NCBI GenBank assembly: GCA_011109175.1
Contig: RDEW01000001.1
Location: forward strand, 2,410,997 to 2,474,996
DNA: 64,000 bases
Direction: 5' to 3'
Source of the DNA: Dicyema japonicum
Taxonomy: Eukaryota; Animalia; Dicyemida
Position 1 is the first letter of the stretch; every line of letters starts with the position of its first letter. Below are positions 26,205-39,192 of the stretch, piece after piece. A program made the position numbers and the translations under genes. The notes beneath the pieces are model-generated. The model made no database searches, was not told where the DNA came from, and saw nothing but the letters and a program-made list of their open reading frames with translations.

Positions 26205-26612
26205 AGTGATTATGTTATGTTGTCCAATTAAGTCGTGTCCGACCCTTGGAAATCTCATGAACAAGTTTCCTCCACTCTCCCCGATCCGTCGCAATTTGGA
26301 GTAGCCTTGATATAGGCATTCCCGTGACGTCTTCCACCGTGGATAGCCACCGAGTCCTCGGTCGACAAGGTCTTCTCTTCCCAGTAATATTGCTCAGCAT
26401 AATGGATCTTTCCAGGGAGTCAGAGCGGACAACATGCCCAAAGAACGCCAATCTGTATTTTACGATTCTTCCTTCTAGCGAAATATCCGTATCCACCCGT
26501 TTGAGTACATCGTTGTTTGTTATTTTGGAAGTCCAAGGATTCTTAGTAACCTCCTCCAGCACCACAGTTCAAAAGCATCAATTTTTCGTCTATCCGCCTT
26601 TTTCAGTGATTA
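26205..26612 (-). mobile_element. 5'-truncated RTE insertion with 8-bp TSD
   Basis: KKADRRKIDAFELWCWRR...FFGHVVR...RPRTRW; ACATAACATAA tail; AGTGATTA at 26205-26212 and 26605-26612. Confidence 0.92.
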
Positions 26613-27129
26613 ATATCATGGAATTCGTGGCATGCCTTACGAAATTGTTAATATAAAGTTAGTGTTCCAATGTCTCACATTAAATAATTATTCTTTCAGC
26701 TTCAAAAGAGATCATCTGTACACCACTCCCTTGGATTCCTATAACCGAAGTATTGGGTGGTTTCCTCTCTTTCCACAGTGGACTTGTGATATTTGAAGGT
26801 CTCTGCTTATGTCACCATGGGAACTGGATACTCTTGGAAGATCGTTCTTCTGGATCCTACTTTGTAGTTCAACAGCATACCCATTAAGTGAAAGGAGTCG
26901 ACGGCTAATATCGCTGTTTCATGTGAATCACTCGCTCGTAGAACAACTGCCTAGATATATGACCTTTCCCCTGCCAAGCAAATCTGACAGTTGTCGGATT
27001 TCTTTTAAGGTTAACAATTTGAGCAATCACAATTTAAAAGTTTAATAATTTTGTAATTAATATTTTAAATAAAAGTTATTAATAATTAAATTTGAAAATT
27101 AACTTAAAATTATAATTTATGTCAATCCC

Positions 27130-28043
27130 ATGTGGAGGAATTTATTAACATTGTCAGCTGGATTAGCTGTGACCTACTACATTGCTCCTGATCAGTCCAA
27201 TCGTCTTCTCAGATCACTTAGACAAAACTTTGTAGTAAAAGCTGCGTCTCCGAGTATTTTAAATGAGACTCCAAAGTGGGATTTTAACTGGGATAGGTAC
27301 TAATTTCTTCATTACTGGCAGTCATCAAATCCTCAACGATGTTCACCCTTCCAGTATTCCCACGGCCACGCGGACTGTTTTCATGATCCGCCATGGACAG
27401 TACAACTTGGAGGGGAAAACAGACGATGAAAGGAAATTGACTTTGTTGGGTTTTTATCGCTTTTACTCTTTAAAGGTCAAGAACAGGCTCAGATAACATC
27501 GGATAGACTATTAGCGCTGAACATTTCCGTGAATTCCGTGACTTCTTCAACAATGACTAGAGCCCGGGAAACGGCAGAGACATTTTTCCGCGATTATAGC
27601 AAGAAAAATGAAGATTCTGAACAAGCAATGTTGATGGAGACTTGTGATCTTCTTCGTGAGGGCGCGCCCTTCCCCCCAGACCCGCCAAACTCGTTTTGTC
27701 GGTCAAACAAGGAAAATGTAAGTTCAACGGTCACGTGTCAGTTTTTGAAGGACGGTCCTCGAATTGAAGCTGCCTTCCATAAGTATTTTTACCGTGCTCC
27801 CCCATCACAGAAACGGGACAGTGTGGACGTGATCTTCTGCCATGCGAATGTGATTCGTTACCTTGTGTGCAGGTTGGTAGGTCATGTTACTGAAGGGCTC
27901 TCCAACTTCCCCCATCGAGTTGGCTGAGGATGTCTTTGTCCCATGCCTCCATTACTGAGCTGGTGATTTACCCAAATGGTTTGGTTTCTCTGCGTCTGTT
28001 TGGAGACTGTGGACATATCCCTTCTGATAAGGTCACTTACTGA
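27130..28043 (+). CDS. PGAM5: Serine/threonine-protein phosphatase PGAM5, mitochondrial
   Basis: KWDFNWD, IRHGQY, SSTMTRARET, LREGAP, DGPRIEAAF, CHANVIRYLVCRALQLP; four introns of 25, 26, 24 and 23 nt. Confidence 0.95.
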
Positions 28044-28692
28044 GACTTGTTTATTTCGGAATTAATACTGGTTTTTTACATTTATGCGGTTGAATGGATT
28101 TTTAAGATTTTTATGGTCTGTGGGCGTTGTTTTCTGATAGTTGACCATTTGTCCATGTTCTCATTGTCACATCGACTAGTGTCGCCAAGAAGGGAGACGG
28201 GAGGTTATATCTTCCTTGAGAAGATGAAGACATTAACCGTACTAAAGCTATAGTACGCTACAATACGTCACCAGATTAACCCTTCGATCATTAACCTCTG
28301 AGCTAACGTTTTTCTTGAGAAGATGAAGACATTAACCGTACTAAAGCTATAGTACGCTACAACACGTCACCAGATTAACCCTTCGATCATTAACCTCTGA
28401 GCTAACGTTTTATGTGTCAGTGTTTAACTCGATGGTCACGTGGAAGTAACCGCATGGGGACTATAAATATTGGCCTTTGTGGAAGTCTCATTAATTTAGT
28501 TTATGGGCGGTTAAAACACTATTTAATTTCTACTATATAATGATGACTATGTAATGATGACGTAATGTGTCACCATGACATTAAATTTTGTCCCTTAAAG
28601 ATTCGATTAAAATAATGGATTTTTAATTAAAACTTAAAAACGATTCAAATTGATTCTTTAGAGTTTTAATTAGATTTTAACAAATTAGCACT

Positions 28693-28871
28693 TTAAGCTC
28701 ATCTTCACAACACGGAGTTTTCTTCCATCTCTTACAAGACGTTTTACCGACTCAGTGGTTGGAGCAATTTCTTTCATGTAGCCATAAGTTCATCTTCCTC
28801 AATCCATATTGGCACATTCTTTAGAACAATTTCCAAAACCCTCTCTTGGATTTCGATCACCTTGTGGTTTC
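28693..28871 (-). mobile_element. Fragment of the Jockey/I-group ORF1 region
   Basis: Near-identical to 19695-19890; runs into the N gap. Confidence 0.85.
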
Positions 28872-29385
28872 NNNNNNNNNNNNNNNNNNNNNNNNNNNNN
28901 NNNNNNNNNNNNNNNNNNNNNNNNNNNNNNNNNNNNNNNNNNNNNNNNNNNNNNNNNNNNNNNNNNNNNNNNNNNNNNNNNNNNNNNNNNNNNNNNNNNN
29001 NNNNNNNNNNNNNNNNNNNNNNNNNNNNNNNNNNNNNNNNNNNNNNNNNNNNNNNNNNNNNNNNNNNNNNNNNNNNNNNNNNNNNNNNNNNNNNNNNNNN
29101 NNNNNNNNNNNNNNNNNNNNNNNNNNNNNNNNNNNNNNNNNNNNNNNNNNNNNNNNNNNNNNNNNNNNNNNNNNNNNNNNNNNNNNNNNNNNNNNNNNNN
29201 NNNNNNNNNNNNNNNNNNNNNNNNNNNNNNNNNNNNNNNNNNNNNNNNNNNNNNNNNNNNNNNNNNNNNNNNNNNNNNNNNNNNNNNNNNNNNNNNNNNN
29301 NNNNNNNNNNNNNNNNNNNNNNNNNNNNNNNNNNNNNNNNNNNNNNNNNNNNNNNNNNNNNNNNNNNNNNNNNNNNNNNNNNNNN
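28872..29385. other. Assembly gap
   Basis: Run of N. Confidence 0.99.
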
Positions 29386-29575
29386 AAAAAACCCACCCTT
29401 CTTTAAACTCTAATGAAAGATGATCGTCGTCTATTCAGGAAAGCCGTGAGTACTGTGGAGGAACATATGAAAAACCTCTCGATCCTGTTGAGGCGTACCG
29501 GGAACACTGAATTAGTTGGTTTACTCCTTCTTTCTTGGTGTTCCCTTTTCGGGGTTATTATATAAATAAATAAAA
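29386..29575 (+). mobile_element. Probable LINE 3' end
   Basis: Ends in TTCTTGGTGTTCCCTTTTCGGGGTTATTATATAAATAAATAAA, similar to the ends at about 3600 and 5410. Confidence 0.5.
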
Positions 29576-29769
29576 TATTATCAAAGTTGTGTTAATAAAA
29601 TTGATTCAACTTTTCATTTTTTTGTAAACTATTTGACTTATTCGATCAATGAGTTAATGTTAGGGCAATTTAATTGCCTTTTAATCTCAATTTTTTGTTA
29701 TTAAGGGATACTTTTCGGTTGCCAAAATGATACCATTAAACATTTGTGACAAAACTTGCATTCATCAAT

Positions 29770-30020
29770 GTGCGTGGATTACACAGCAAGTACTGTTTAA
29801 GATTCCAAAAGGAGAAAATACCGTAATATTAAGGATCGATTCGCCTTTCAACCTAACATCGTTGAGAGTACTGTCGTGGTTGGTCCCAGCTATCAGGTCT
29901 ATCAGATTACATGCAAAATGCAGAAAAAAGAGTCTTGAATGACACGATGACTCTTCTAGAACATTGGGTTCGCGATCATAAGGGGTAACTCCCATTACAT
30001 CCTAAATACCTAAAGACCAT
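29770..30020 (-). pseudogene. Disrupted paralog of the orphan gene at 40.0-40.3 kb
   Basis: ATGGGAGTTACC...ATGATCGCG..CCCAATG shared with 40200-40260; carries a stop and a frameshift; a CRE tail abuts its 5' end. Confidence 0.5.
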
Positions 30021-30039
30021 AATGGAGCTATTTGACTTT

Positions 30040-30830
30040 ATTTTAATTTTTTTTATAAAACCAAAATTTATTTGAACGCATATCAGCTAACGACTGCAGG
30101 CTGCTCTCATAATTAAAAACGCAGTTTCCCTGACGATTTGCAAGGAAATGCGTTCAATGAACCATCTGTTTTCTCTCCTATCGTTTTTCTTCTGATCCTG
30201 TTTAGCAGGGTCAATGACTTGCTTCAATGATTCTTGTCGTTTCGACTGCCACTGGTTCGAAGAAGAATTGTTCTCCAAGACATGCGTATTTTTTTATCTT
30301 TAGGGTCTTAGCCTTCTCCGAAGCAGAGCCTGGCGTCAGTTGCTGTCGTTTAAGGGTTAGAGGGAGAGAGCCTATTGACACAGGTGGCGTCCCAGGCAAG
30401 GTATTTTCCACTCTCCCGTGGAAAGAGAGTGGTTCCGTCCGGCCTACGGTTGGCTTAAGCAAGTCCAAGCGGCTTTAATTGGACAGGACATCCGGCAGCC
30501 TCAAGCCCCCAAGCAATGACCCCATAGATTGTGGCATGTCTAGGACTCCTTCCAGTACTCCTCTTCAGGAAAGAGCGTGAGACCTTTCGGTCGACCATTC
30601 CTCCACATCTACACCGATGGGTCGTGCAACCATCTACTCCGAGGCGGACGGAAACCCCAATCCTCGTCGTGTCGTCATCCAATAGTGTCCCAAGTGAGAT
30701 ACATGGTAAAGCTCTTATACAGGCTCCACTCTGGTTCGTCGATGCAGAAGCCAGACAAGCCAGAAGATTCTGATCAAGCACAGGTTTTATTTCTTCATGA
30801 TTTTTAAACATAAATGCTTAAAAATGATAA
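30040..30830 (-). mobile_element. CRE-like retrotransposon C-terminal region (Cys/His motif plus RLE domain)
   Basis: RCRCGGMVD, PRHATIYGVI, RPDG, WDAT and KAKTLKIKKY...FEPVAVETT. Confidence 0.85.
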
Positions 30831-31133
30831 AAGCCACATTAAGCATGACATCCAACAGCGATCGACTTGTTACATTTAACCAGCATGATACGTGACAAAA
30901 TATTCTTCAATTGTAGCCAAATGAATTGTCTCTGAAATTTTAGCCAAAGGATTCCGACACTCATGCCACACTTCTGTTCTTTAAATCAAGAATAAGCCTC
31001 CATAGATTTTCTCACACATAAATAGGGGGATCGTAGTCTCCTCAAATACAAATTATAATTTCCAAAGAAATAACTTAATAATTATTAAAACTAATTCCCA
31101 TTAAACCAAAAGTTATATAATTAAACGATAAAA

Positions 31134-32292
31134 TTATTCGATAATAGGGTAAATGGGCATGTAAGGAAATCGGCAGTTATCTTTCCCACGTGCCAATTTC
31201 ACATAGCCAAATCTTCCCCATGTTATACCCCATGAATTTTTCAAGAGCCAATACTTTTCTCCTTTCGAAATTCCATAACCCACAACAGAAATTGAATGTA
31301 AAATAGGATAATTTGGACAATTTTTGTAATGGAATATTTCTAAAACGTTTCATTAATATTTAGCTATAAAATATATTTCAAAGCTGGTAGAATGAATGAT
31401 TTTAACAGTGACAGGACCAACATCTACAAGCGTACGCAAAAGCATTTTTTCATTACCACTTTCAAGTTCTTTATATCCAGTCAAATTAAATTTAATATCT
31501 GGTTGACCTTTATATTTGCATTTTCTAGCCTATATAATTATCCGTAGAAATTACTTTGGCTATATATGGATACCGTTTTTCAGAATTAATTCCTCCGTTT
31601 TCTCGAATGTATTCATACACTTTACTTTCAGTGTCACCGTTGCATCCGTAATCATTCACACAATCAACAATATTTTGTTCGCTCATTGATACAAGTTTAT
31701 TGTTTTTGATTGCAAAATGTGACTCCAACGTAGCCAACTAAATATATTGAACAGTCGTTAACTGCACCAAATGCATAGCATGAGCCACATTTATATCCTT
31801 GCGATTTTATATCAGTTACACAGTTTCTTTTTACCCAATTAAAAGATCGAGGATATTTTTTTTCATGGATAGTATAATCACCAAGTAATTCACTTTCCAA
31901 TTTACCATAAGAATTATAATTATTATATAAATTGAATTTGCTGGGTTTGAATATTTCTCTCCTTGTCTACAAAATTATTTTATGAGATAACCAAGTCAGC
32001 AAACTGATTAATTCCTAATTCATACAAAAAATTTCCTTGTTCTGCGAGTATATTGTGGTTGTCAATATGTCTTAAATTTTCAGTAAAAATAGCCTTTCTA
32101 ACTTGGAATTCTAAACCAGAATACGATTTGTCTAAATTAAAAATTAATTCAACTGTATTTTTCTAGAAAATTATTCCATTTGATTTCATAATAATCAAAG
32201 GATTGATTGAATGATTCGTATTTGAAATGAATTTTAGATGAAACAAATGAATTAAACAATATAGCGTAAACAACAAATATTAGGTCGATCAT
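31134..32292 (-). CDS. Cathepsin L-like C1A protease, copy 2, with a non-canonical CT donor at the last intron
   Basis: Same five intron positions as copy 1; QGYKCGSCYAF, LHSISVVGYG, WLLKNSWGITWG. The intron at 31340-31363 reads CT...AG. Confidence 0.9.
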
Positions 32293-33439
32293 TTTAATTA
32301 ATTCTGTATATTTTCATTTAAATATTATTATATTATCAAAATATTAAAAAAATATTATTAAATTTAACTGAGTTCTACAAGGATCAGTTCTCTCCCATGA
32401 TTCTTAATAAATTTTTTTCGTTTTAACTGTTTTTATATTTATTCCTAAAATCAGCCTAAAGTGATTTTTTGGTTTTCTANCAAAAATTAGATCTATCATT
32501 TTAATTAATTCTGTATATTTTCATTTAAATATTATTTTATTATCAAAATATTAAAAAAAATATTATTAAATTTAACTGAGTTCTACAAGGATCAGTTCTC
32601 TCCCATGATTCTTAATAAATTTTTTTCGTTTTAACTGTTTTTATATTTATTCCTAAAAATCAGCCTAAAGTGATTTTTTGGTTTTCTATTCATTAACATA
32701 GGATTATATAGTCAATAAATTCCACAGGAGGTACTTTATGCAGTTGGAAGTGTTAGAAATACCAACGTTTCAAACAACTGCACTCAAGAGAATTCTGGAG
32801 AGTGTGTGCCTTGATAGATATCGCACAACTCTTTTTGTGAAGCCTAATTTGTAAGAGGATAATAGTATAGAGTTGGACAAAACTTTATGAGAGACGGAAG
32901 GAATGGGAGATATGGAAAAAGATTATACGCAGGAAATAAAATTTGAGTTTTACACTGTCTTTCAATATGAATTTTTATACCATTTCCCAGGCGAAAATTT
33001 GTTCCACGTTGGTGTTTGAATGAGAATAGTATTATTCACAANNNNNNNNNNNNNNNNNNNNNNNNNNNTGTCTTTCAATGTGAATTTTTATACCATTTCC
33101 CAGGCGAAAATTTGTTCCACGTTGGTGTTCGAATGAGAATAGTATTATTCACAAGTGAACAGTGTCATTCAAAATGAGAATAATGTCATACAAAGTTGCT
33201 ATTCTAGGAAATGGTATTTTGATTGGCACTATTCTCACATTGAAGGGAGATGGTATAGTTGACAATGTTAATCACATCGTTGACCTTTTTTACGAAAGCC
33301 ATATTAAATATAGTTCCGCTCAGACAGGACACACACTTAAGAACAGTTATGATAACTAATCATAGAAAAAGAACCAAAAAATGCCCTTCACTTTTTTTTC
33401 TTGTTGTTGGGCGTATGTCCTTAATAGACTAGTTCAATA

Positions 33440-33540
33440 GTGACATGATCACTTATGACAGCGTCACTCGCAAAGCCAAAGCATCGTAGATGCGTGGAAC
33501 CTTCAACAAGAACGTACAGCACCGAGACTCGAACAAGGGC
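33440..33540 (-). mobile_element. LINE 3'-UTR fragment
   Basis: Reverse complement resembles 3870-3945 (GAAGGTTCCACGCAT.TACGATGCTTTG...GAGTGACG). Confidence 0.7.
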
Positions 33541-33699
33541 CATCAGGATTTTTGCTGAGAACTTGTTACACTTCTCAATCAATGAAATCAATGTTATCTA
33601 ACATAACCAATCGAATAAATGCAATGAATTAATAAAGTGTCAGTGTCGTGAGGAGTGAATAGGAATGGGACACATTTGAAAAGTTCAAGGACCAATAAA

Positions 33700-34480
33700 T
33701 GATAGTCTCTTGTGTTTGCTGTTCTTCTCATGTTTTCCGTTTTAATAACTGTTTCCACCTAATTGGTCAATTTATTTATATGCAACATCAAAGAAAACTC
33801 TCCGCTTCTCCCTATCAGAGTTTACTAACCGTAAAGTTTCACGTGTTTCACGGAATCCGTGTTTGTACTATACCAGATGCTCTTTGGCGTTTTCTTTAGT
33901 GCAGTAACCTTGATATACGAAATAATTACATAGTCTCCCTTTCTTCTCAAACCAAAGGGTACTAAATACTTCACTTCCTTTGGTAGAAGGGGGTTTAAAT
34001 CCAGAGTAGCTTCAACACTGCTGCATTCAATGGCACCTGAGTTTTTCAAACTGAAAGATACCACGAGGATTCGTACAGAACTCATGTTTACACTCAACGC
34101 ACGTGCTTCACCATGTCTTCTTGAGAGCAGTAACTCGGAGATATCGATACATTGTACTTGTAGTATTCCAAGTACTTTAAAGAATGGGGACACTAGCCAT
34201 CATAGGTTTTTTGTGAATTATTTTTAATTCACTAGCCAATGGATCATACTTAAGTTTTTCCAGTTCAACGCACTTCAAATTTTTAGACAGGTAACTTCCC
34301 CTTAGATCTCAGTCTGTTTATTTAAGTTATTTATTTGTTTGCCCCCGGTCCCTTTAAATGAAAGAAACCGGTGGCTAACGAAAAGTTACAGCCAAGAGCG
34401 AACACTTTCACCTCAGTTGCTTTGGTCCAATCCAATCGAATTTTAGTTCCGTCAGATGCAGTTAGCCTTTACATTATTTA
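33700..34480 (-). CDS. Probable multi-exon gene of unknown function
   Basis: Protein-like open segments (RLTASDGTKIRLDWTK; KCVELEKLKYDPLASELKIIHKKP) separated by candidate micro-introns; family not recognised. Confidence 0.3.
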
Positions 34481-34499
34481 TTTTAAAACCCCAAGATAA

Positions 34500-35350
34500 C
34501 CAAGAAAGAAAGGTTAACTCACTAATTAGGTGATCTCAGCCTCCAACATTTCTCAATGTCATTGCCTCTATGTTCTGATTGCAAATGCCGCATAATTTTC
34601 TGCCTGAGAGAGTATGATCCTCGAAGAGTGAAGAGCGAATTTCCAGACAGAATAGCACATTTAATTGTCGGTACAATAACTTGGAGATATAGTTTCTTGG
34701 TAAAAGCTTTAGGTGGAAGGGTCTCTATTTATGATAGCTTTCACGGCATTCTCCTTACGAAGTTCCTTGGTTAACGCTTATCTGTATGACTGGAAAATCG
34801 AATGTCACTCCAAGGATCTTCTGGATTAGCGTAGAAGGAATAGCAATGTGTCCGAAGAATATCTCGTATTAAATCTCCTGTCCGTAGTGAATAGGGTGAA
34901 CTGAGACTTGGTTGCAGACACAGCAAATTTGCGGATAGTCAGTCACGCCTGGTTGAAGTGTTTTGGAAAAAGATTTGTCTCTTGCATCAATAATCTGCGT
35001 AAGATAGAAACATAGTATCTTGATCTTTGGTAGTAGGTAAATCGTGTAGAAATAAGTTAAATAGAAGAGGAGACAAAGGGGACCTTGTGGAACCCCATTT
35101 GGGAGTAGATCTTGATCTTTGGTAGTAGGTAAATCGTGTAGAAATAAGTTAAATAGAAGAGGAGACAAAGGGGACCTTGTGGAACCCCATTTGGGAGTAG
35201 TCTTGATTTTGAAATAATTTTTATAATCTGGACTCTTCCACGATATGTGCCTGAGTTCCTAGTTATTTGAGGTGAATAGCATAGATCTGTCGGGGCCACG
35301 GAACGGGTGGAGCGTAGCAATTTGATAGTCTTAAATCCAAAAAAATGCAC
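34500..35350 (-). mobile_element. Decayed LINE RT fragment
   Basis: LLPNGVPQG, SPLLFNLFLHDLP, SYAD and KILGVTFD. Confidence 0.8.
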
Positions 35351-36228
35351 TAATCAAAAAAATATTTTGTCCACTATAACAATCCTTAATTGGCCAATGA
35401 TTTCATTTATTTTTTGTAGAAATCTGTTTACGCAAGTCCTGATTGTTTTCTCAAGTTTATTTATTTAAAACTCAGAGATCACCTTGAAAAAAAGAAAGAA
35501 ACTTCAGACAGTTAAGTAATCTCAGTTCCAGAAATCGACCTAGCGATCCAACGTATGTGATCTCCTACTGTTCCTTCTACGGTACGAAGGAACCTTCTCT
35601 CATCCCTACAGAGGAATCCGATTGTGGAGAGAAACTCCTTAACCAATCGACTTTTTTTGTCTTGGAAAGGGACAGGGCAAGCAGATTTCCATCCTCCTCA
35701 CAGACCCAAGGAATCTGGATCCACAATTACGGGTCGTTACTTCCGTTAGTAGGGGATTGACTGTTGATCCAATATGAGAGCCCATCGAGTTGAGTACGTG
35801 TAGCCTAGTCAACGATAACGGGAATCTCCACGCAACAGATAATGTTCTCAAAAATCTTTGATATGAGATAATCAATCTGGTACTGTTCCACAGCACGAAT
35901 AAGTTGTTAGTGCTTTGCTTTGAATTTCATTAAAGTCTTGTTTGACTATAAAGACTAATCACAGTCCCCTCCAAAGAATATTCCTCAACAAATACATTCT
36001 TTCTTTGAACGTCTTTCTGAGATGTACTTTTAGGTTTTTCATCAACCTCCAACTAACTTGTTTAGATCAAAGAATCAATGATAAAACATATTCGTCCCCC
36101 AACAAGTTACTACAATTTAATCATTGTCATTGACAACAATTAAAAACGCTTTTGTACATTATCCAGCATACTCTAATAATATTTCACTAGTTTATCTTAT
36201 TAAGCAAATTTAATAAAAACCGACAGAA

Positions 36229-39192
36229 TCACAAATCAGAGAAAATTAAATTAACAAATGCATTATAATCCAATGCATCAGATCCCTCATAAGCACTCAT
36301 TTTAGATATACAATATCTAGCAACTTCCTCAGGTAGCTCATTCATAAGCACATCCACACTGACGTATGGCTACCAATAAACCAATCCTCACCTTCCCACC
36401 AGCCAAAATCTGAAATGATCGTAATAGTCTATTAAAACTATCATCATAGTGAGAGTCCTGCATCATAAAACCAAGAAAATCCTCAAATTCAACAAATCCA
36501 GAATTCTTGTTATCTAGCTTACGAGCCAACTCCTTAAACTGATCCCCAATCTACAATAATTACCCCTACTACATTATTGACTGCCGTTTTGTACCCCAAA
36601 CTGATCAGACATGCATCAAACTGTTCATAATCAAGCCTTCCGTCATGATCACTATCAAAGTGGTCGAACGAAGTCCTATAGTTTCGCCTTTGTTCCTCCG
36701 TCACTGCTTCTTTTTTCTCACTAGCCTTGACATTGCTCTCCACTTGACAGCACAACTTCTCCATCCTATCCCTCAGTCCATTAAAGTCCATCCTCATTCT
36801 CTGGAAGTCATACCCTCTATCAATATCACTTTCACTCAAAAACTAAAAGTTACACTGCCCATACTCCGTTGAACTCCTCAAATTCCATAATCTTGTTCTC
36901 AAATCCGTTAATTTTGTTAACAAACTTCTTCACAGCCACCAGCTGCTCATCAATATCTTCCATTTCGGAAACTAGTTTTGCATACTTTGAACTTTCCCCC
37001 AACCACGTGTCAATTTTATTATACAAATCATTGAAACTCTCAGCAGCGACACAACTCTAAATTAATAATAATTTAAAAAACCTTCTCACGTTCACTCAAC
37101 TCTCGCAAAAGCAGAGTCCTTCTTTCACTATTAGCCTCAATCATCATTTCCCATGTCTCCTCCAACTGTTGAAGACTCACACGTGTGTAGACATTCTCTT
37201 CCATGTATGGAAGTTCATTCTTCCTTCTTTCACTATTAGCCTCGATCATCATTTCCCATGTCTCCTCCAACTGTTGAAGACTCACACGTGTGTAGACATT
37301 CTCTTCCATGTATGGAAGTTCATTCTCTTCACAAAAAGATCGAATCCGCTCCACAATTCCCTTGATATTCTCAAGTTGTTTATCTGCCCTTTCCAGAGTA
37401 CTTTCAAACACATCCAGTTGGTTCAACAACACATTGACATCATCAAGTGACCGCAGGAACATAACATCCTGCAGGTCTTTGACTGATGAGTCCAACCACT
37501 TCTTAAATTTCTCAGAATATATATTCATCATACAGTCACATCCACTGCATATTCAAACAACATCGAGTCTACTTCCTCCAAAACCTCCTTCTGAGTCTTC
37601 ATTTGCTTGTATAACTGCTCAGAGGATTCCCACAGCTCCCTATACATCTCCTTTATCTCATCCAGTCGACTGTCCACCAGATCCATCAACTTGTAACCAT
37701 TCCCACGCATAAAGTCAGCCATTTCATCAAATTCAGTAAACATCTCATCCTTCAACGCGTTCCTCACAATCTTTATTTGGTTGATCGTAGCCTTGATAAC
37801 TTAATATGAGTACCTTCAGGTCAGACAATCCACGCGAGTTTAGATCTTGTCTTCTATCTACCATCCACGCTTCATAACTGTCACATTTGCGATGGAAAGT
37901 CACACCCAGACTTTCATTCAACTTAAACCTACAACTTATCACCCATATGACCTATTATACATGGAATTTATCCATTCCTTGTACTTATAAGACAAATCCT
38001 CCATATCCTTCCACTCTTCTAAAATGCTCTGGTATACTTCCTCGTCAAATTGACTCATATTGAACTGTTTTGCTTTCACAATGTGTGCGATGTTCTCCAA
38101 ATAAACTTTCTCAGAATATTTTAGTGGCTTTTCTTGCACTGAAAACACTTGGTATTCCTCTAGCTGTTCCCTCACTTCATCAGAACTCCCAAATTCTGGT
38201 CGTTTGGATAGCCAGTCTTTCTTACTCTTAATCCACAAACTAATATTCTCTGAGATCCCCTCAAACAGCGACAAAGACATCTCACTCTCTCTTACTCCTC
38301 TTAGCAAAGAGCACACATTCTGTGCTGCCTTAGTTGTCTAACAGTTACACAACACTAGACCAGTTCGTCCTGTATAAATCTTTGATAAAACGAGGAGACA
38401 TATGCCATAACAGAACGCTCATCCGCACGCCCAGCCAAATCTAGGATGATAATTCTAGTTACCCTCGGGATCAAGCATACAGGGTATATCCAGATGCTCC
38501 TCTGCCACCTGGAATGCTCGCCTTAGGTTCTCTTCCGGTGTTTCAGGCTAGGGTAAATACTATTAATGCCTGAAATCCGTCAAATTCTATTAGATCTGGT
38601 CTGTGTCCATGGATTATAGCAGCGAAAGCTAGTCCGTCCTTGAAACTAGTATGGAAGTTTGTGACGTTCACTCCTTCATACCCAGCAGTCTTTCGTTGAC
38701 ACCACAACAGCAGACCTTCCTTGGCAGAGCTCTCTGTCGGTTTAAAAACTGTCAGCCTTACCTTCCATTGTGATATCCTGTATTGCGAACCTTAGGATTA
38801 TGGTCCAGATCATCCCCAGTGTCATTTTGACATTTCCGTCAACGATTTCTGAAAAATTAGTACATTTGTACCCTCTGCTCCGATTGAGACGAGTTTCACT
38901 CCCTTACTGACGATGAATTTAAGAGCCAAATTGACGTTGGCAATTTTATGGAACCTCATGTTTTTGGTTTCAACCATAGGGAGTTTCTCGTTGGAAATTA
39001 CTTCAAGCAGACGAATTAGTAACAGACCATTGGTAAAATCAGTGTCAAAGTCAACTATTTGGCAGTTGATTTTCCGGAGGTGGGAATTACACCAAGCCGT
39101 GAATGTCTTTAATTATAATTTAATTTTACTTTTTTTTGTTGTTTCTCCCAAGCAGGATCGAGAATATCAGGGCATCGATCACAAATGTCCAT
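36229..39192 (-). CDS. ACTN: Alpha-actinin
   Basis: [50 protein letters not shown], helical spectrin-like rod, EF hands ([18 protein letters not shown]) and C-terminal ALDYNAF; introns mostly 22-28 nt, including GC-AG at 38548-38569. Confidence 0.97.

Noticed and set aside
25290-27050. Gene calls at 25.3-25.9, 26.7-27.0 and 49.2-50.4 kb
   Set aside because: Protein-like fragments exist, but strand and splicing could not be fixed without homology or transcripts.
28809-29423. Long ORFs in the supplied track (also 52995-53960)
   Set aside because: They are translations of N runs.
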